NCBI GenBank assembly: GCA_016200845.1
Contig: JACQDW010000067.1
Coordinates: 8,996-72,995 of the forward strand
DNA length: 64,000 nucleotides
From: Burkholderiales bacterium
GTDB taxonomy: Bacteria; Pseudomonadota; Gammaproteobacteria; Burkholderiales; Burkholderiaceae_D
Direction of reading: 5' to 3'
Part shown: piece after piece, positions 9,011 through 18,723 of the stretch
Layout of the letters: every line of letters begins with the position of its first letter
How positions within the stretch are numbered: the stretch's first letter is position 1
Program-made: the position numbers and the translations under genes
Notes under the pieces: model-generated
The model's database searches: none
What the model saw: the letters and a program-made list of their open reading frames with translations, nothing else
Told to the model about the DNA's origin: nothing

Positions 9011-9439
9011 TCAGTCAAGATGGCGAAGCACAAAAAAGGCTTCTGAATCTTCTATTTTGACCAGTGACCATCCCGCATGTTCATAAAATTTTTCTGCTCT
9101 CGTATGGATGCCTGTGCTTAAGTTTAATTCACTCAGACCAGTCGAGAATAACCACGCGATCATCATATCGTGTAATTGTTTGCCTATGCCTCGCCCTTCC
9201 GCGTCAGGATGCACAAACAGAGCCCAGATATTGCCTGTTTTGCGATTGCCCGCGGCAAAGCCAAGTACTTCACCAGCATCATTGAGAGCCACCCAGCTTC
9301 GTCCTTGTTCTTCTAGATAGGGCAGATAGTGCTCTTCGCGAATTTTATTCGACGTCAGTCGGTTTTCTAAGACAGCTTTGCGCACACGGTGCATGCCTTC
9401 GATGTCGTTGCTTGTGGCCGGACGATAGGTGCAATTCAT
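9011..9439 (-). CDS. GNAT family N-acetyltransferase
   Basis: ALFVHPDAEGRGIGKQL acetyl-CoA motif A; AEKFYEHAGW. Confidence 0.88.
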   Translation of the reverse strand: MNCTYRPATSNDIEGMHRVRKAVLENRLTSNKIREEHYLPYLEEQGRSWVALNDAGEVLGFAAGNRKTGNIWALFVHPDAEGRGIGKQLHDMMIAWLFSTGLSELNLSTGIHTRAEKFYEHAGWSLVKIEDSEAFFVLRHLD

Positions 9440-9464
9440 AGATCACGCAGATGTTGGTAAGCGC

Positions 9465-10271
9465 TCATTCTACTTGAGTTTGTGCGATTCTCACGATTGC
9501 TGCGAGCTGCTGTTGGCTGTAGTGATGGGACATGGCCATGTCTGGTGTCAACGTGTGCAGGCTGGTTGGTGCTGGCGACGTGAAAGATGAATTTGGTTTG
9601 TACATGGGGGCGTTGACAACGAGCGCATTCGTTTCTGGTAACAAGCCAAACAAGTGCTGAAATATGAGCACCGCTTCAAGCAAAATTAAGTCGTGCCCCG
9701 GATGTCCTTTGTCGGCATATAACCATTCGGCATTCGGATGCTGATTTTTTCCTGCCATGAAGCTGGTTTGCACATCCACGTACTCAATTGCAGCTTGCGC
9801 CGCGATGGCGCGTTCCGCTTCGAGGAGGACACTCGTCATTCTTTGACTTGGTTGATAGCCACCTAATGAGATCGCTTTGACCTTGTGTGTCGTTGCAATG
9901 CGTGATAGCGCTTGCAGGGCGCTATGTACTTGCTTTTGAGAGACTTCGCCAAATGCGCCGAGCGCGTCGCCGCCGCGTTCTTGCAAAATCAAATAATCGT
10001 AATGTTTGGCTTGCAGCGCCCGCTCTACCGATCCGTCGTCCACACGTTCCGTGAGAGTTGCACCACCCCGCACAATCATGTCAGTTTCGATTGTTCTGTG
10101 ATTCGCTGCCGCTATATGTTGTAGTACCGCTGGCAGGTTGCCTACGTAAGTCAGGCTATTGCCAACAAATAGAACTTGAATGGGTTTTGCTTCGTCTTCG
10201 CCAATCGCTAGAGCTGGATGAATAGCGGAGAGTAGAATCGAGAAAATCAGTAGGGCGCGGCGCATTTTCAT
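9465..10271 (-). CDS. Secreted SGNH/GDSL-like hydrolase
   Basis: Signal peptide; LFVGNSLT block I; DKGHP (DxxH) block V. Confidence 0.75.
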   Translation of the reverse strand: MKMRRALLIFSILLSAIHPALAIGEDEAKPIQVLFVGNSLTYVGNLPAVLQHIAAANHRTIETDMIVRGGATLTERVDDGSVERALQAKHYDYLILQERGGDALGAFGEVSQKQVHSALQALSRIATTHKVKAISLGGYQPSQRMTSVLLEAERAIAAQAAIEYVDVQTSFMAGKNQHPNAEWLYADKGHPGHDLILLEAVLIFQHLFGLLPETNALVVNAPMYKPNSSFTSPAPTSLHTLTPDMAMSHHYSQQQLAAIVRIAQTQVE

Positions 10272-10448
10272 ATTGATCTTTTTTGCTGGTTGGATTGGTA
10301 TTGCGGGTTAGGTGACTAACTATGTGGTGACCTTTTTCTCTTCCTGCAATGGTGGCGAGTGCCAAATTGTACAGCAGTCAAAACCAATAATTGTCCTGCA
10401 CCCTGGTTATCACCCCCGTCTTTAGCTACACATCTATTTCAACCAACA

Positions 10449-11285
10449 TCAATGCGCCCCATTGATCAACCAAGTTTGATATTCGTTCCAAAGCGAGCTC
10501 AGGTCACCTTGTGCGGTGCAGGCGGCGATTGCGTTATTCCAGCTCCAGTTTGCGTTGCCCGGTTTGGCTTGTTGGTTAAAGCAATAGGTGAAGCTTTTGT
10601 ATCCCTTTTTTTCTTGCAGCCAGGCGAAAAAGAAGGCGGTGGTTTTGTAGCTGTCTGTCCACTTTCCGCCGGGGCGTCGGAAGCTGATCGGGATGTAGCC
10701 GTTGAGGTAGCGCACGGTGTCCGCCAAGCCTTCCACTGCAGGAAGATCCATGCCACTGGCGTGTTGATAGGCGTGGGTCATTTCGTGATAGAGAATGCCT
10801 TTGACTTCTTCTGCGACATTGACGCCTTGAGCGGCAATTTTTTCTAAGTAATAGGCGTTGACGTTGACCGTGATGCGGGGTGGATCACCGGCTTTCCATG
10901 CGACGCCATTCGGTTCATTTTCCCACCGTTCTATGTGCAGTTCTAGCGTGGAGAAAGCGGGGACTTCGTTGGCTTGTTGGTAGAGCGTACGCGCCACATT
11001 CTGTGAAATTTCGCGCAAATAATTTTGCGGGGATGGTACTAGCTTTTTAAACAGTTCTGCACCAGGTGATTGATCGGGGCGAAAATCAAGTGTCGGCGAG
11101 GCGACTTGTTCCCAGCTCACTTGTGAGGTGTTGCTTGTGCTGGCTGGCGTGATGGTAGCGCTATTGGTTGTTTGCTCGCCGCCACCGCAGCCTGCGAGAA
11201 CCAGGTGCGAGCATAGAAGTGTGGTTTGTATCAGAGCTTTGAGTACAGCGATAGGGGATTTTTTGTTGAGAGTAAGCATGATCAT
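10449..11285 (-). CDS. Basic secretory protein (BSP/PR-17-like) family putative Zn-metallopeptidase, lipoprotein
   Basis: Lipobox LAGC followed by a Ser/Thr linker; HEMTH plus EGLAD(T)VR gluzincin-like motif; W.DSYKTTAFFF.W; start uncertain (ORF open to 11381). Confidence 0.78.
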   Translation of the reverse strand: MIMLTLNKKSPIAVLKALIQTTLLCSHLVLAGCGGGEQTTNSATITPASTSNTSQVSWEQVASPTLDFRPDQSPGAELFKKLVPSPQNYLREISQNVARTLYQQANEVPAFSTLELHIERWENEPNGVAWKAGDPPRITVNVNAYYLEKIAAQGVNVAEEVKGILYHEMTHAYQHASGMDLPAVEGLADTVRYLNGYIPISFRRPGGKWTDSYKTTAFFFAWLQEKKGYKSFTYCFNQQAKPGNANWSWNNAIAACTAQGDLSSLWNEYQTWLINGAH

Positions 11286-11390
11286 CGTCAAAAAAAGGTG
11301 GGCTGCGTGCCCACCCAAAGTGAGAAAAGTAGAGTATTGCTGGCTCCGCCGAGTTTTTTTGATCTCGGCAGAGTTGAACACTTATATGAG

Positions 11391-13136
11391 TTAAGGCGCG
11401 CCGCTTGCTAACCAAGACTGGTATTCGTTCCATAGCGCTTGCGTCGTGTTGCCGCCTGTGCAGGCGCGCATTGCGCCGTCCCAGCTCCAGCCGCTATTGC
11501 CTGGACGTCCTTGTTGATTGAAGCAATATGGAAAGTCGGGATAGCCTTTGCGCTCTTTAATCCATGCGAAGAAGAAGGCCGTGGTTTTGTAGCTGTCAGT
11601 CCAACTTCCTCCGGTGTGACGGAACGAGGTGGGGATGTAGCCATTCAGATAGCGCACTGTGTCGGCTAGGCCTTCGATGGCGGGCAGGTCAACGCCGGTT
11701 GAAAATTGATAAGCGTGCGTCATTTCGTGGAACAAAATACCGCGCACTTCTTCGGCGACGTCGCCTCCGGCTGCGGCGATTCTTTCCAGATGATAGGCAT
11801 TCACGTTGACTATGATACGTGGTGGGTCACCTGCTTTCCAGGCGACGCCGTTAGGCTCAGTTTCCCAGCGTTCTATGTGCAATTCCAGCGTGGAAAATGC
11901 CGGTACTTCTGAAGCGTTGTGATAGATGGTTTTTTGCACGTTCTCGGCAATGATTTGGATGTAGCTGTTGACGTCGGGAACGAGTTGATTGAACTTTAAA
12001 CCGCCCGGTGATAAGTCGTTTCTAAAATCGACGGTGGGTTTGTTCCAGGCTCCGCAATTGGTGCATGTTGCCGCTTCATAAGTGGCGACCAGACTCGCAC
12101 CACTATAGGCGCTATAGCCATTCAGATTCAAGTAATAAGTGCCAGTTTGTGGTGTGGCGAAACTGCAGGATTCGGTGGTGGTTGGGCCATCTGATTTGCA
12201 GTCGAAACTGGTGTTGCTGGCGGGGCTGCCAAATTTGACGAAGAGGTCGGCATCGCCACTGCCACCGCTTAGTTTGAAACTGAGGTTTTTTTGTCCCGAT
12301 GGAACGTCGATGCGGAATTTTTTGTTGCTGTCTTTCGCCCCAGAGAGCCCCGATTGTGGCACGCCATTTTGCAGAACAACGGTGGTGTTCGATGAGTTGC
12401 TATCGAGGTTGCCGATCAATTCGAGCTCGGCCAATTGCGTTTCCGCTGCACCGTTGTTGTTGATGATATTGAAGCGATAGTAGCGATAAGAGACGCTTTG
12501 ATTGACGGCATATTGGCGACGTAATTTGCGCTGCGAAAAACTCTGCGCCAATTGTGCGTCGATGCTGGCCCAGCTCTGGCCATCATTCGATCCTTCTAAT
12601 TGCCAGTCACGCGGATCGCGGGCGGGCTCATCATTGGCGGAGGTAACGCTATAGGCGACCAACTTTGCGCCTTGCAGCACGTCATAGCGCAGCCAGCCGC
12701 GCGGTGCGAATGTGAGCCATTTGCTGTCTGCTGTGTTGTCAAAGGCTTGAACCCGGCCTTCGCTATTGGCGGAGTTTTCTGCCGAGGCGGTGATTTGGTT
12801 GGCATTGGGTGCTGTCAGATCAGTTGCCGCGAGAGTGGGCGCTGCCGCCAAGGTTTGATGGGCGCATTGATGATTGCGCAAAGCGGAAAGAGCAGCGCGG
12901 GCTTCCGATCCGGCATTGTGTTTGCCGGAGACCTGCACGCTGCGCATGACGTGTGCAATCTCTTGCGTTTGGCAAGTACGAACATGCGACTGCAGTAAAA
13001 CTTTATTGACGTCGCTGTGTTGGTCTTGCGTTTTTATTGCAGCCAGACTTTGACTGCTCAGACTGTTGATTCCTACGATGAGACTGGCGCTGACGATGAG
13101 ACTGCAACGCGAGCTCAGCTTGAGTGTTCCTTTCAT
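11391..13136 (-). CDS. Secreted BSP/PR-17-like putative metallopeptidase with F5/8 type C (discoidin) and PPC domains
   Basis: Signal peptide; AFDN...SKWL...TSAND.P.RDPRDWQLEGSNDG discoidin domain; LQNGVP..GLSG...SGGSGDADLFVKFG PPC domain; C-terminal HEMTH/EGLAD domain; RBS GGAGGA before ATG 13136. Confidence 0.82.
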   Translation of the reverse strand: MKGTLKLSSRCSLIVSASLIVGINSLSSQSLAAIKTQDQHSDVNKVLLQSHVRTCQTQEIAHVMRSVQVSGKHNAGSEARAALSALRNHQCAHQTLAAAPTLAATDLTAPNANQITASAENSANSEGRVQAFDNTADSKWLTFAPRGWLRYDVLQGAKLVAYSVTSANDEPARDPRDWQLEGSNDGQSWASIDAQLAQSFSQRKLRRQYAVNQSVSYRYYRFNIINNNGAAETQLAELELIGNLDSNSSNTTVVLQNGVPQSGLSGAKDSNKKFRIDVPSGQKNLSFKLSGGSGDADLFVKFGSPASNTSFDCKSDGPTTTESCSFATPQTGTYYLNLNGYSAYSGASLVATYEAATCTNCGAWNKPTVDFRNDLSPGGLKFNQLVPDVNSYIQIIAENVQKTIYHNASEVPAFSTLELHIERWETEPNGVAWKAGDPPRIIVNVNAYHLERIAAAGGDVAEEVRGILFHEMTHAYQFSTGVDLPAIEGLADTVRYLNGYIPTSFRHTGGSWTDSYKTTAFFFAWIKERKGYPDFPYCFNQQGRPGNSGWSWDGAMRACTGGNTTQALWNEYQSWLASGAP

Positions 13137-13202
13137 TTGCTCCTCCAAGATTGGTTAGTTTTATTAAATATGATCGATGCTTGGACGGATGCCTTGCATC
13201 GC

Positions 13203-13360
13203 CATTGAACCTAGAAACGGTAGTTGGACGGGTTCAAGTGTGCATTTTTCCGCGTTTCTGGCAAGGCGTAAAGATGAAATGGATTAACCGGTGCATCTTT
13301 CGATAAATCAAACACTTAATTCAACTTTGAAGCGGTCAACTGCCGTTTCTAGGTTGAATG
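13203..13360. promoter_or_regulatory. Pair of about 34-bp inverted motifs (13203-13237 and 13327-13360) in the divergent intergenic region
   Basis: CATTGAACCTAGAAACGGTAGTTGGACGGGTTCAA versus reverse complement of the second copy CATTCAACCTAGAAACGGCAGTTGACCGCTTCAA. Confidence 0.6.
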
Positions 13361-13804
13361 TAATAAATGCGCAAAGCCAAGGTCAAACGCTATTCAAAAA
13401 ACGCCTGCTGTTTATGATGTTTAGTAAATGTGGGTGGTGCTGGTTTGATTGAATTGCGACGCATTAAACAAGCCTTTTTTGCCTGTGTTTTCCTATGAAA
13501 CGTCACGTGTTTTATTTTGTTTTGTGCTTGCTCGTATGAGCTCGCTGTGCCAATTTTTTCTTTAGGAAACAAAGCCCAACTTTGGGTTGGTAAGACCACT
13601 TGGCGAAGAAAATTTTTTGTCAAAAGTAGCGATGTAAATGATGTGACCTCGCAGATGCGCGCAATGAACAACGTAGAAAAATATTTTCACAAATTGGTTT
13701 ATTTATGATCGTGCGGCGCGGCTTGCAATGCGCGATAGAGCGGTCATTTGTGGAAGTTCTTGATTACTAAACTTTATAAACTAGAGGCGTTTGTTGACAT
13801 GTCT

Positions 13805-13834
13805 TTGACTCTAGGGAAGCTAGATTTTTAGAAT
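13805..13834 (+). promoter_or_regulatory. Candidate sigma70 promoter of the TonB-dependent receptor
   Basis: TTGACT-N18-TAGAAT about 70 bp upstream of ATG 13902. Confidence 0.4.
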
Positions 13835-13901
13835 GGCCGTCGCTTAATTGCGTTCTGTTTTGCGTTTTGTTCGTTTCTTTTCTAAACCTAGTGAGTTAAA
13901 C

Positions 13902-16900
13902 ATGTCGAATAAAAAAATAGTTTTGAGGAAGACTGTGATCGCGCACACACTGAGTCTGCTGTGCGGCTCTGCGCTGTTGTCGATGGCGGTGAATTTGCCT
14001 GCGTTTGCGCAGTCAAATGCTACCGGTATTATTTTTGGCCAAACGACGCCTGCTGCAGGCTCCACTGTGCTGTTGGAAAATACCGCAACTGGTGTGCAAC
14101 GCACGGTGCTGGTTGACTCTAGTGGAAAATTTCAGGCGACGTCGATGCCGCCCGGGATTTATGTGGTGAAGTTGTTGCGTCAGTCTGCGGTCGAAAAGAC
14201 CGTTGAAATAGAAGCCTTAGTTGGGCGCGGCGTGGAAGTTAATTTTGGCGGGCAAAGTCAGGTGCAGCAAGTGACGATCGCTGCCAAGGTCAATCGAATT
14301 GACGTTTCCAATACCAATAACGGCCCGGTGTTTACCGCCCGCGAATTGGCGCAATTGCCGATTTCACAGAATGTCACTGCCATCATACAACTCGCACCCG
14401 GCACCATCAAAAATACCGGTGGCGGTTATGGGGAAGTGTCTAGCTTTGGCGGCTCCGGCGTGTCGGAAAATGCGTATTACATCAATGGCTTTCCGGTGGC
14501 GAATATTTTGACGCAGATTGGCACCTCCGAATTACCGTTTGGCGCGATTGCCAATGCGCAGATTTTGCAGGGCGGATTTGGCCCAGAGTTTGGTCGCGCG
14601 ACTGGCGGTGTGGTGAATATCACGACTAAGAGTGGGACTAATCAATGGGAGTTTGGCACCAGGCTGTCTGTCATGCCGAACGCTTTGCGCTCACCGCAAT
14701 TAAATACCTACTTCCCAAAGACGGGGAATAATCCTCTGACCGATGGCAAGCTGCAATTCTATAATCAAGACAATCGTGTATCGAGCCACACGGCGGGTGT
14801 GTATGTGGGCGGGCCTTTGATCAAGAATAAATTGTTTGGTTTTGTGGCGTTGGAGCGTAATAGCAGTGACAGTGAATCAATCGCTGCGTCGTCCGATAAA
14901 GTGTTTAACCCGACTGGCTGGTCAAAGAGCCACAATACGGTGGATCGCTATCTGGCAAAATTTGATTACAACCTAACCGATGATCACCATTTTGAGCTGA
15001 CACAGATTCACGATGAAACGCGCAATCGCACTGGCCTGTATGGATTTGACTACGCGACTTTTACCCATAATGATGTCAAAAAAGGTGGGCTCACCTCTGT
15101 CAATTGCTGTGGCGCGCCCAACCCCGGTGCCGACGATACGATATTTAAATACACGGCTTATCTGAATGACGATTTGACGTTCACAACCTTGTATGGGCAT
15201 TCAAAAACCAAGCACAGTCAATCGCCGGAAGGTTATAACCCTGCGATTTTTCAAACCAATTCTTCGGTGCAGTCGCGGGTGCCGGGCGTGACTTATCCTA
15301 TCGTGCAAACAGTGCGGACACCGATACAAGCGTCTGATGTCGGTGATAGTCAAAAGACCTTGCGTATTGATGTCGAATACAAATTGGGTAAGCATTCTCT
15401 GCGCGCCGGATTAGACTACAACAAGGTGGCGTCCGTGGTCGGTGTGTCGGCGGCCGGTGGCGGTGTCTGGAATTATTTGTACACCGATAAACCAGCGACG
15501 TACAAAGGATTTGGGTTTACCGAAACGCCAGCGCAAGGCGGTGGTTATGGTCCGCAGGGTTTTTATGTTAGTCGCGATTTGAACAATAATGTCTCGCATC
15601 CGACCAGCACTCAGGCGGCGCAATACATCGAAGATCGCTATCAGGTTGCCGACAATATTTTGCTGTCTTTGGGTTTGCGCAACGAACAGTTTCGCAACAA
15701 TAATAGTGCGGGACAAGCCTTCATACAACAAGACCGGCAACTCGCGCCACGACTAGGCGCGAGCTGGGATGTGAATCGGGATGGCAGTTTTAAAGTGTTT
15801 GGTAACGCGGGGCGTTATTTCATGCAAGTGCCGACCAATCTCTCGGCCAATACTGCGGGTGTGAATTTGATTACTAATCAAGCCTTCACTTACAGTGGTG
15901 TTGATCAAGCCACCGGCGCGCCGACCGGTTTGCATGCGATTAGCCCTGTCACTTCGGTCAATAATCAATGGGGCATACCGCAAGACCCACGTGGTCTGAC
16001 TGCGATCAATCTCAAGCCCTTGTTTCAAGATGAAATGTCGCTGGGGTTTGAGAAGGCGGTGTCGCCCGAATACAATCTGGGCATGATGGGCAGTTATCGT
16101 ACATTGCGTAGCTCTAACGATGATCTTTGTGATCAGCGTCCTATCGATGCCTGGGCGGCGCGCAATCATATCGATACCAGCCACTATGGATTTCCCTGCG
16201 CGACCGTCAATCCGGGTGAGGCGAATAGTTTGCTGCTCGATCTGCGTGGCGATAAAAATTTAGTGCGCGTTGATTTGAGTGCGGCTGATATTGGTTTGCC
16301 TAAGGTGACACGCGATTACGTGGCATTGAATTTCTTCCTCGAACATCCCTTGCGCAATGGCTGGTATGGCAAAGTCAATTACACGCTGTCGCGCAGCACA
16401 GGTAATAATGAAGGTCAGGTTGATTCTCTGCAGGGTAATAATGTGGCGCAAACGGTGGGTTGGGATCATAAAGAATTGATGCTATATGCCAGCGGTGATT
16501 TGCCCAATGACAGACGACATGTGATCAAGGCGTTTGGATTTGTTGAAGTGAATCCTGAAATTTCTCTGGGTGGCAATCTGAGTCTGTATTCGGGTATGCC
16601 AAGAAATTGTATAGGCGAATTGCCGACCTCGATTTCACCCAATCTCGGTTATGGCAGCAGCTATTTCTTTTGTAATGGAAAGCCGTCACCGCGTGGCAGT
16701 TTGGGACGCATGCCCTGGTTGACGCAGCTCGATACCAGCTTGTCCTATCGTCCCAAAGCGCTGGCTGGTTTGAACATGAAGGTCGATGTGTTCAATCTGT
16801 TCAATCGTCACACCATTATTTCTGAGAATGCGGTTTCAGTAAATAATGGCGTTCCTAGTCCAACCTATCTACAAGAAACGGGTCGCCTCAGTCCACGGGC

Positions 16901-16937
16901 GGTGCGCTTGACGATGGAGTATAACCACAAGTATTAA
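13902..16937 (+). CDS. TonB-dependent receptor, Oar-like, with N-terminal carboxypeptidase-regulatory-like domain
   Basis: Signal ending AFA-QS; G.F....MPPGIY N-domain; ENAYYINGF and GGFGPEFGRATGGVVNITTKSGTN plug motifs; APRLGASWD; C-terminal aromatic residue. Confidence 0.9.
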   Translation: MSNKKIVLRKTVIAHTLSLLCGSALLSMAVNLPAFAQSNATGIIFGQTTPAAGSTVLLENTATGVQRTVLVDSSGKFQATSMPPGIYVVKLLRQSAVEKTVEIEALVGRGVEVNFGGQSQVQQVTIAAKVNRIDVSNTNNGPVFTARELAQLPISQNVTAIIQLAPGTIKNTGGGYGEVSSFGGSGVSENAYYINGFPVANILTQIGTSELPFGAIANAQILQGGFGPEFGRATGGVVNITTKSGTNQWEFGTRLSVMPNALRSPQLNTYFPKTGNNPLTDGKLQFYNQDNRVSSHTAGVYVGGPLIKNKLFGFVALERNSSDSESIAASSDKVFNPTGWSKSHNTVDRYLAKFDYNLTDDHHFELTQIHDETRNRTGLYGFDYATFTHNDVKKGGLTSVNCCGAPNPGADDTIFKYTAYLNDDLTFTTLYGHSKTKHSQSPEGYNPAIFQTNSSVQSRVPGVTYPIVQTVRTPIQASDVGDSQKTLRIDVEYKLGKHSLRAGLDYNKVASVVGVSAAGGGVWNYLYTDKPATYKGFGFTETPAQGGGYGPQGFYVSRDLNNNVSHPTSTQAAQYIEDRYQVADNILLSLGLRNEQFRNNNSAGQAFIQQDRQLAPRLGASWDVNRDGSFKVFGNAGRYFMQVPTNLSANTAGVNLITNQAFTYSGVDQATGAPTGLHAISPVTSVNNQWGIPQDPRGLTAINLKPLFQDEMSLGFEKAVSPEYNLGMMGSYRTLRSSNDDLCDQRPIDAWAARNHIDTSHYGFPCATVNPGEANSLLLDLRGDKNLVRVDLSAADIGLPKVTRDYVALNFFLEHPLRNGWYGKVNYTLSRSTGNNEGQVDSLQGNNVAQTVGWDHKELMLYASGDLPNDRRHVIKAFGFVEVNPEISLGGNLSLYSGMPRNCIGELPTSISPNLGYGSSYFFCNGKPSPRGSLGRMPWLTQLDTSLSYRPKALAGLNMKVDVFNLFNRHTIISENAVSVNNGVPSPTYLQETGRLSPRAVRLTMEYNHKY

Positions 16938-16954
16938 AATTCATATCCGGAATG

Positions 16955-16985
16955 GGCAATGGATGCAGAACCTGCATCCATTGCC
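16955..16985. terminator. Hairpin between the convergent TonB receptor and chitinase genes
   Basis: GGCAATGGATGCAG-aac-CTGCATCCATTGCC, perfect 14-bp stem; no clear U tract. Confidence 0.6.
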
Positions 16986-16992
16986 GGATTGC

Positions 16993-18723
16993 TTATTGCG
17001 GCATGCTATTTAAGGCCGCGCGCGCTGGTACTGAGAAGTTGTAGCCATCGTGTTTGTCCCAGTTGATCGACCAAGTCATCACGCCACGGAAAGTGGGGTA
17101 GGCTTGTTTGGGGACGATGCTGCCGCAGTTGATGAGTTTACTGAGGCAATCTAGGGCTTTGCTGACATCAGCCGAGGTGGTGAAACCAGATCCGGCAGAG
17201 CTGCGACCGGACGGAACACCAAACGCGACCTGATCAGGGCGCAGACCTGTGAAGTTATTGCCGCCGTAGGTGAAGCCTTCAATCAACATTTTTGCCGTTC
17301 CAACTAACTGATCAGCAGAGCCCGCTTTGAGCGCAGTGGTTTGATAGGGCGTGTAGATATCACCGTTGTTGTAATACTGCGGATGCAAGATCGTCAGCTC
17401 GTTGCGCAGTGCATTGATGATAGGTATGTAGGCACCCCAAATCGCACCGTAAGAAGTGTAGCCACCTTCCACATAAACCCATTCTGGCGCCATAGAGAGA
17501 TAGAAATTCGCGCCGACTTTGGCTTTCAGATTTTTGACCGCGATAGGCAAGAATGTTTGAATTGGTGCGCCCTGTGAGACACCATTTTCCAAATCGAGAT
17601 CGATACCGTCAAAACCATATTTGGTAATGATCGCGTACAAGCTATTGGTAAAGTTGGTCGCCTCTGCATCCGATCCGACTGAGACCGAACCATTTTGTCC
17701 GCCTAAAGATAACACCACTTTTTTGCCCTTGGCTTGCTTGGCTTTGATGTCAGCGATAAATTGCGATTCGCTGCCTGCGCTTGGGTCCAGCGTGAAGCTG
17801 ACATTGCCACCGCCAGCGTTGTCGCCAAACGAAACGACGATGACATCCCAATCATCCGTGACCTGAGCGATAGGGTAGGTATTGCCGCTAGGATTGGCAA
17901 AATTGTGCCAGTATCCGACCAAGGCATGTTTGGCGAGTCCGGGAACGGGAGTTGGTGTCGGCGTCGGTGTTGGCGTTGGCGTTGGTGTCGGCGTCGGCGT
18001 TGGAGTTGGCGTTGGAGTTGGGGTTGGTGTTGGAGTCGGAGTTGGGGTTGGTGTTGGAGTTGGTGTCGGGGTTGGGCAAGCGCTCGAAGTCACCGATGTC
18101 CATGCGCTGGTCCAAGCCCAGCCCACACCAGGCTCATATGCCGAAGCGCCTGTTGAACACCAGCCAGCGACGTCGCACCGATAGAAGCCGCCCGCATTAG
18201 TGACAACTTTACCTTGTTGGTAGGCAGTGCCAGCGACGTAAGCGCTGCAGCTTGGCGTTGGCGTAGGAGTTGGTGTCGGTGTTGGAGTCGGTGTTGGTGT
18301 TGGTGTTGGTGTTGGTGTTGGTGTTGGTGTTGGTGTTGGTGTTGGTGTAGGCGTTGGTGTTGGTGTTGGTGTTGGTGTTGGTGTAGGCGTTGGTGTTGGT
18401 GTTGGAGTACCTCCGCAAGCACCTTGACTTGTCCACGGCTGGCCGCTGCCTGATGCGCCGCTATTGGTGGATGGATTTTGATTTTGTGTCCACCAGTTCG
18501 CCAGATAGTTATAGCCTTGATAGCTGACTTGCGCTCCGCCGTTGTAGGCAGTGCTGGCGCTCCAGACTGCGTAGCATACGGTCGAGCTGGCGAGCGGTGG
18601 TCCGGCCATTGTTGATCCGGGTTTGCTGACATCAGTGCTGCCACCACAAGCAAATAAGAGGCTGCTGCCCGACGCACACACCATGATGTTGCGAATCAGA
18701 TTTTTTAATACGATATTGTCCAT
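16993..18723 (-). CDS. GH18 chitinase, lipoprotein, with two CBM5/12-type chitin-binding modules and Pro-Thr linkers
   Basis: Lipobox LFAC; [23 protein letters not shown] module; second module Y..G..Y..G..V.N.G..YRC...GWC; [22 protein letters not shown] (DxDxE), [12 protein letters not shown]; RBS AGGGGAG. Confidence 0.92.
   Translation of the reverse strand: MDNIVLKNLIRNIMVCASGSSLLFACGGSTDVSKPGSTMAGPPLASSTVCYAVWSASTAYNGGAQVSYQGYNYLANWWTQNQNPSTNSGASGSGQPWTSQGACGGTPTPTPTPTPTPTPTPTPTPTPTPTPTPTPTPTPTPTPTPTPTPTPTPTPTPSCSAYVAGTAYQQGKVVTNAGGFYRCDVAGWCSTGASAYEPGVGWAWTSAWTSVTSSACPTPTPTPTPTPTPTPTPTPTPTPTPTPTPTPTPTPTPTPTPTPVPGLAKHALVGYWHNFANPSGNTYPIAQVTDDWDVIVVSFGDNAGGGNVSFTLDPSAGSESQFIADIKAKQAKGKKVVLSLGGQNGSVSVGSDAEATNFTNSLYAIITKYGFDGIDLDLENGVSQGAPIQTFLPIAVKNLKAKVGANFYLSMAPEWVYVEGGYTSYGAIWGAYIPIINALRNELTILHPQYYNNGDIYTPYQTTALKAGSADQLVGTAKMLIEGFTYGGNNFTGLRPDQVAFGVPSGRSSAGSGFTTSADVSKALDCLSKLINCGSIVPKQAYPTFRGVMTWSINWDKHDGYNFSVPARAALNSMPQ
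17945..18076 (-). repeat. (Pro-Thr)n coding hexamer repeat, second chitinase linker
   Basis: Degenerate GGNGTY hexamers on the + strand. Confidence 0.9.
18252..18410 (-). repeat. (Pro-Thr)n coding hexamer repeat, first chitinase linker
   Basis: Includes long perfect (GGTGTT)n runs. Confidence 0.9.

Noticed and set aside
13361-13420. c-di-GMP-I riboswitch (GCGCAAAGCC)
   Set aside because: Only a short match; the GCAAA/GNRA P2 stem and P3 architecture are missing
17882-18677. Alternative-frame ORFs with VG, HQ, NT and WC repeats
   Set aside because: Shadows of the chitinase Pro-Thr hexamer tracts
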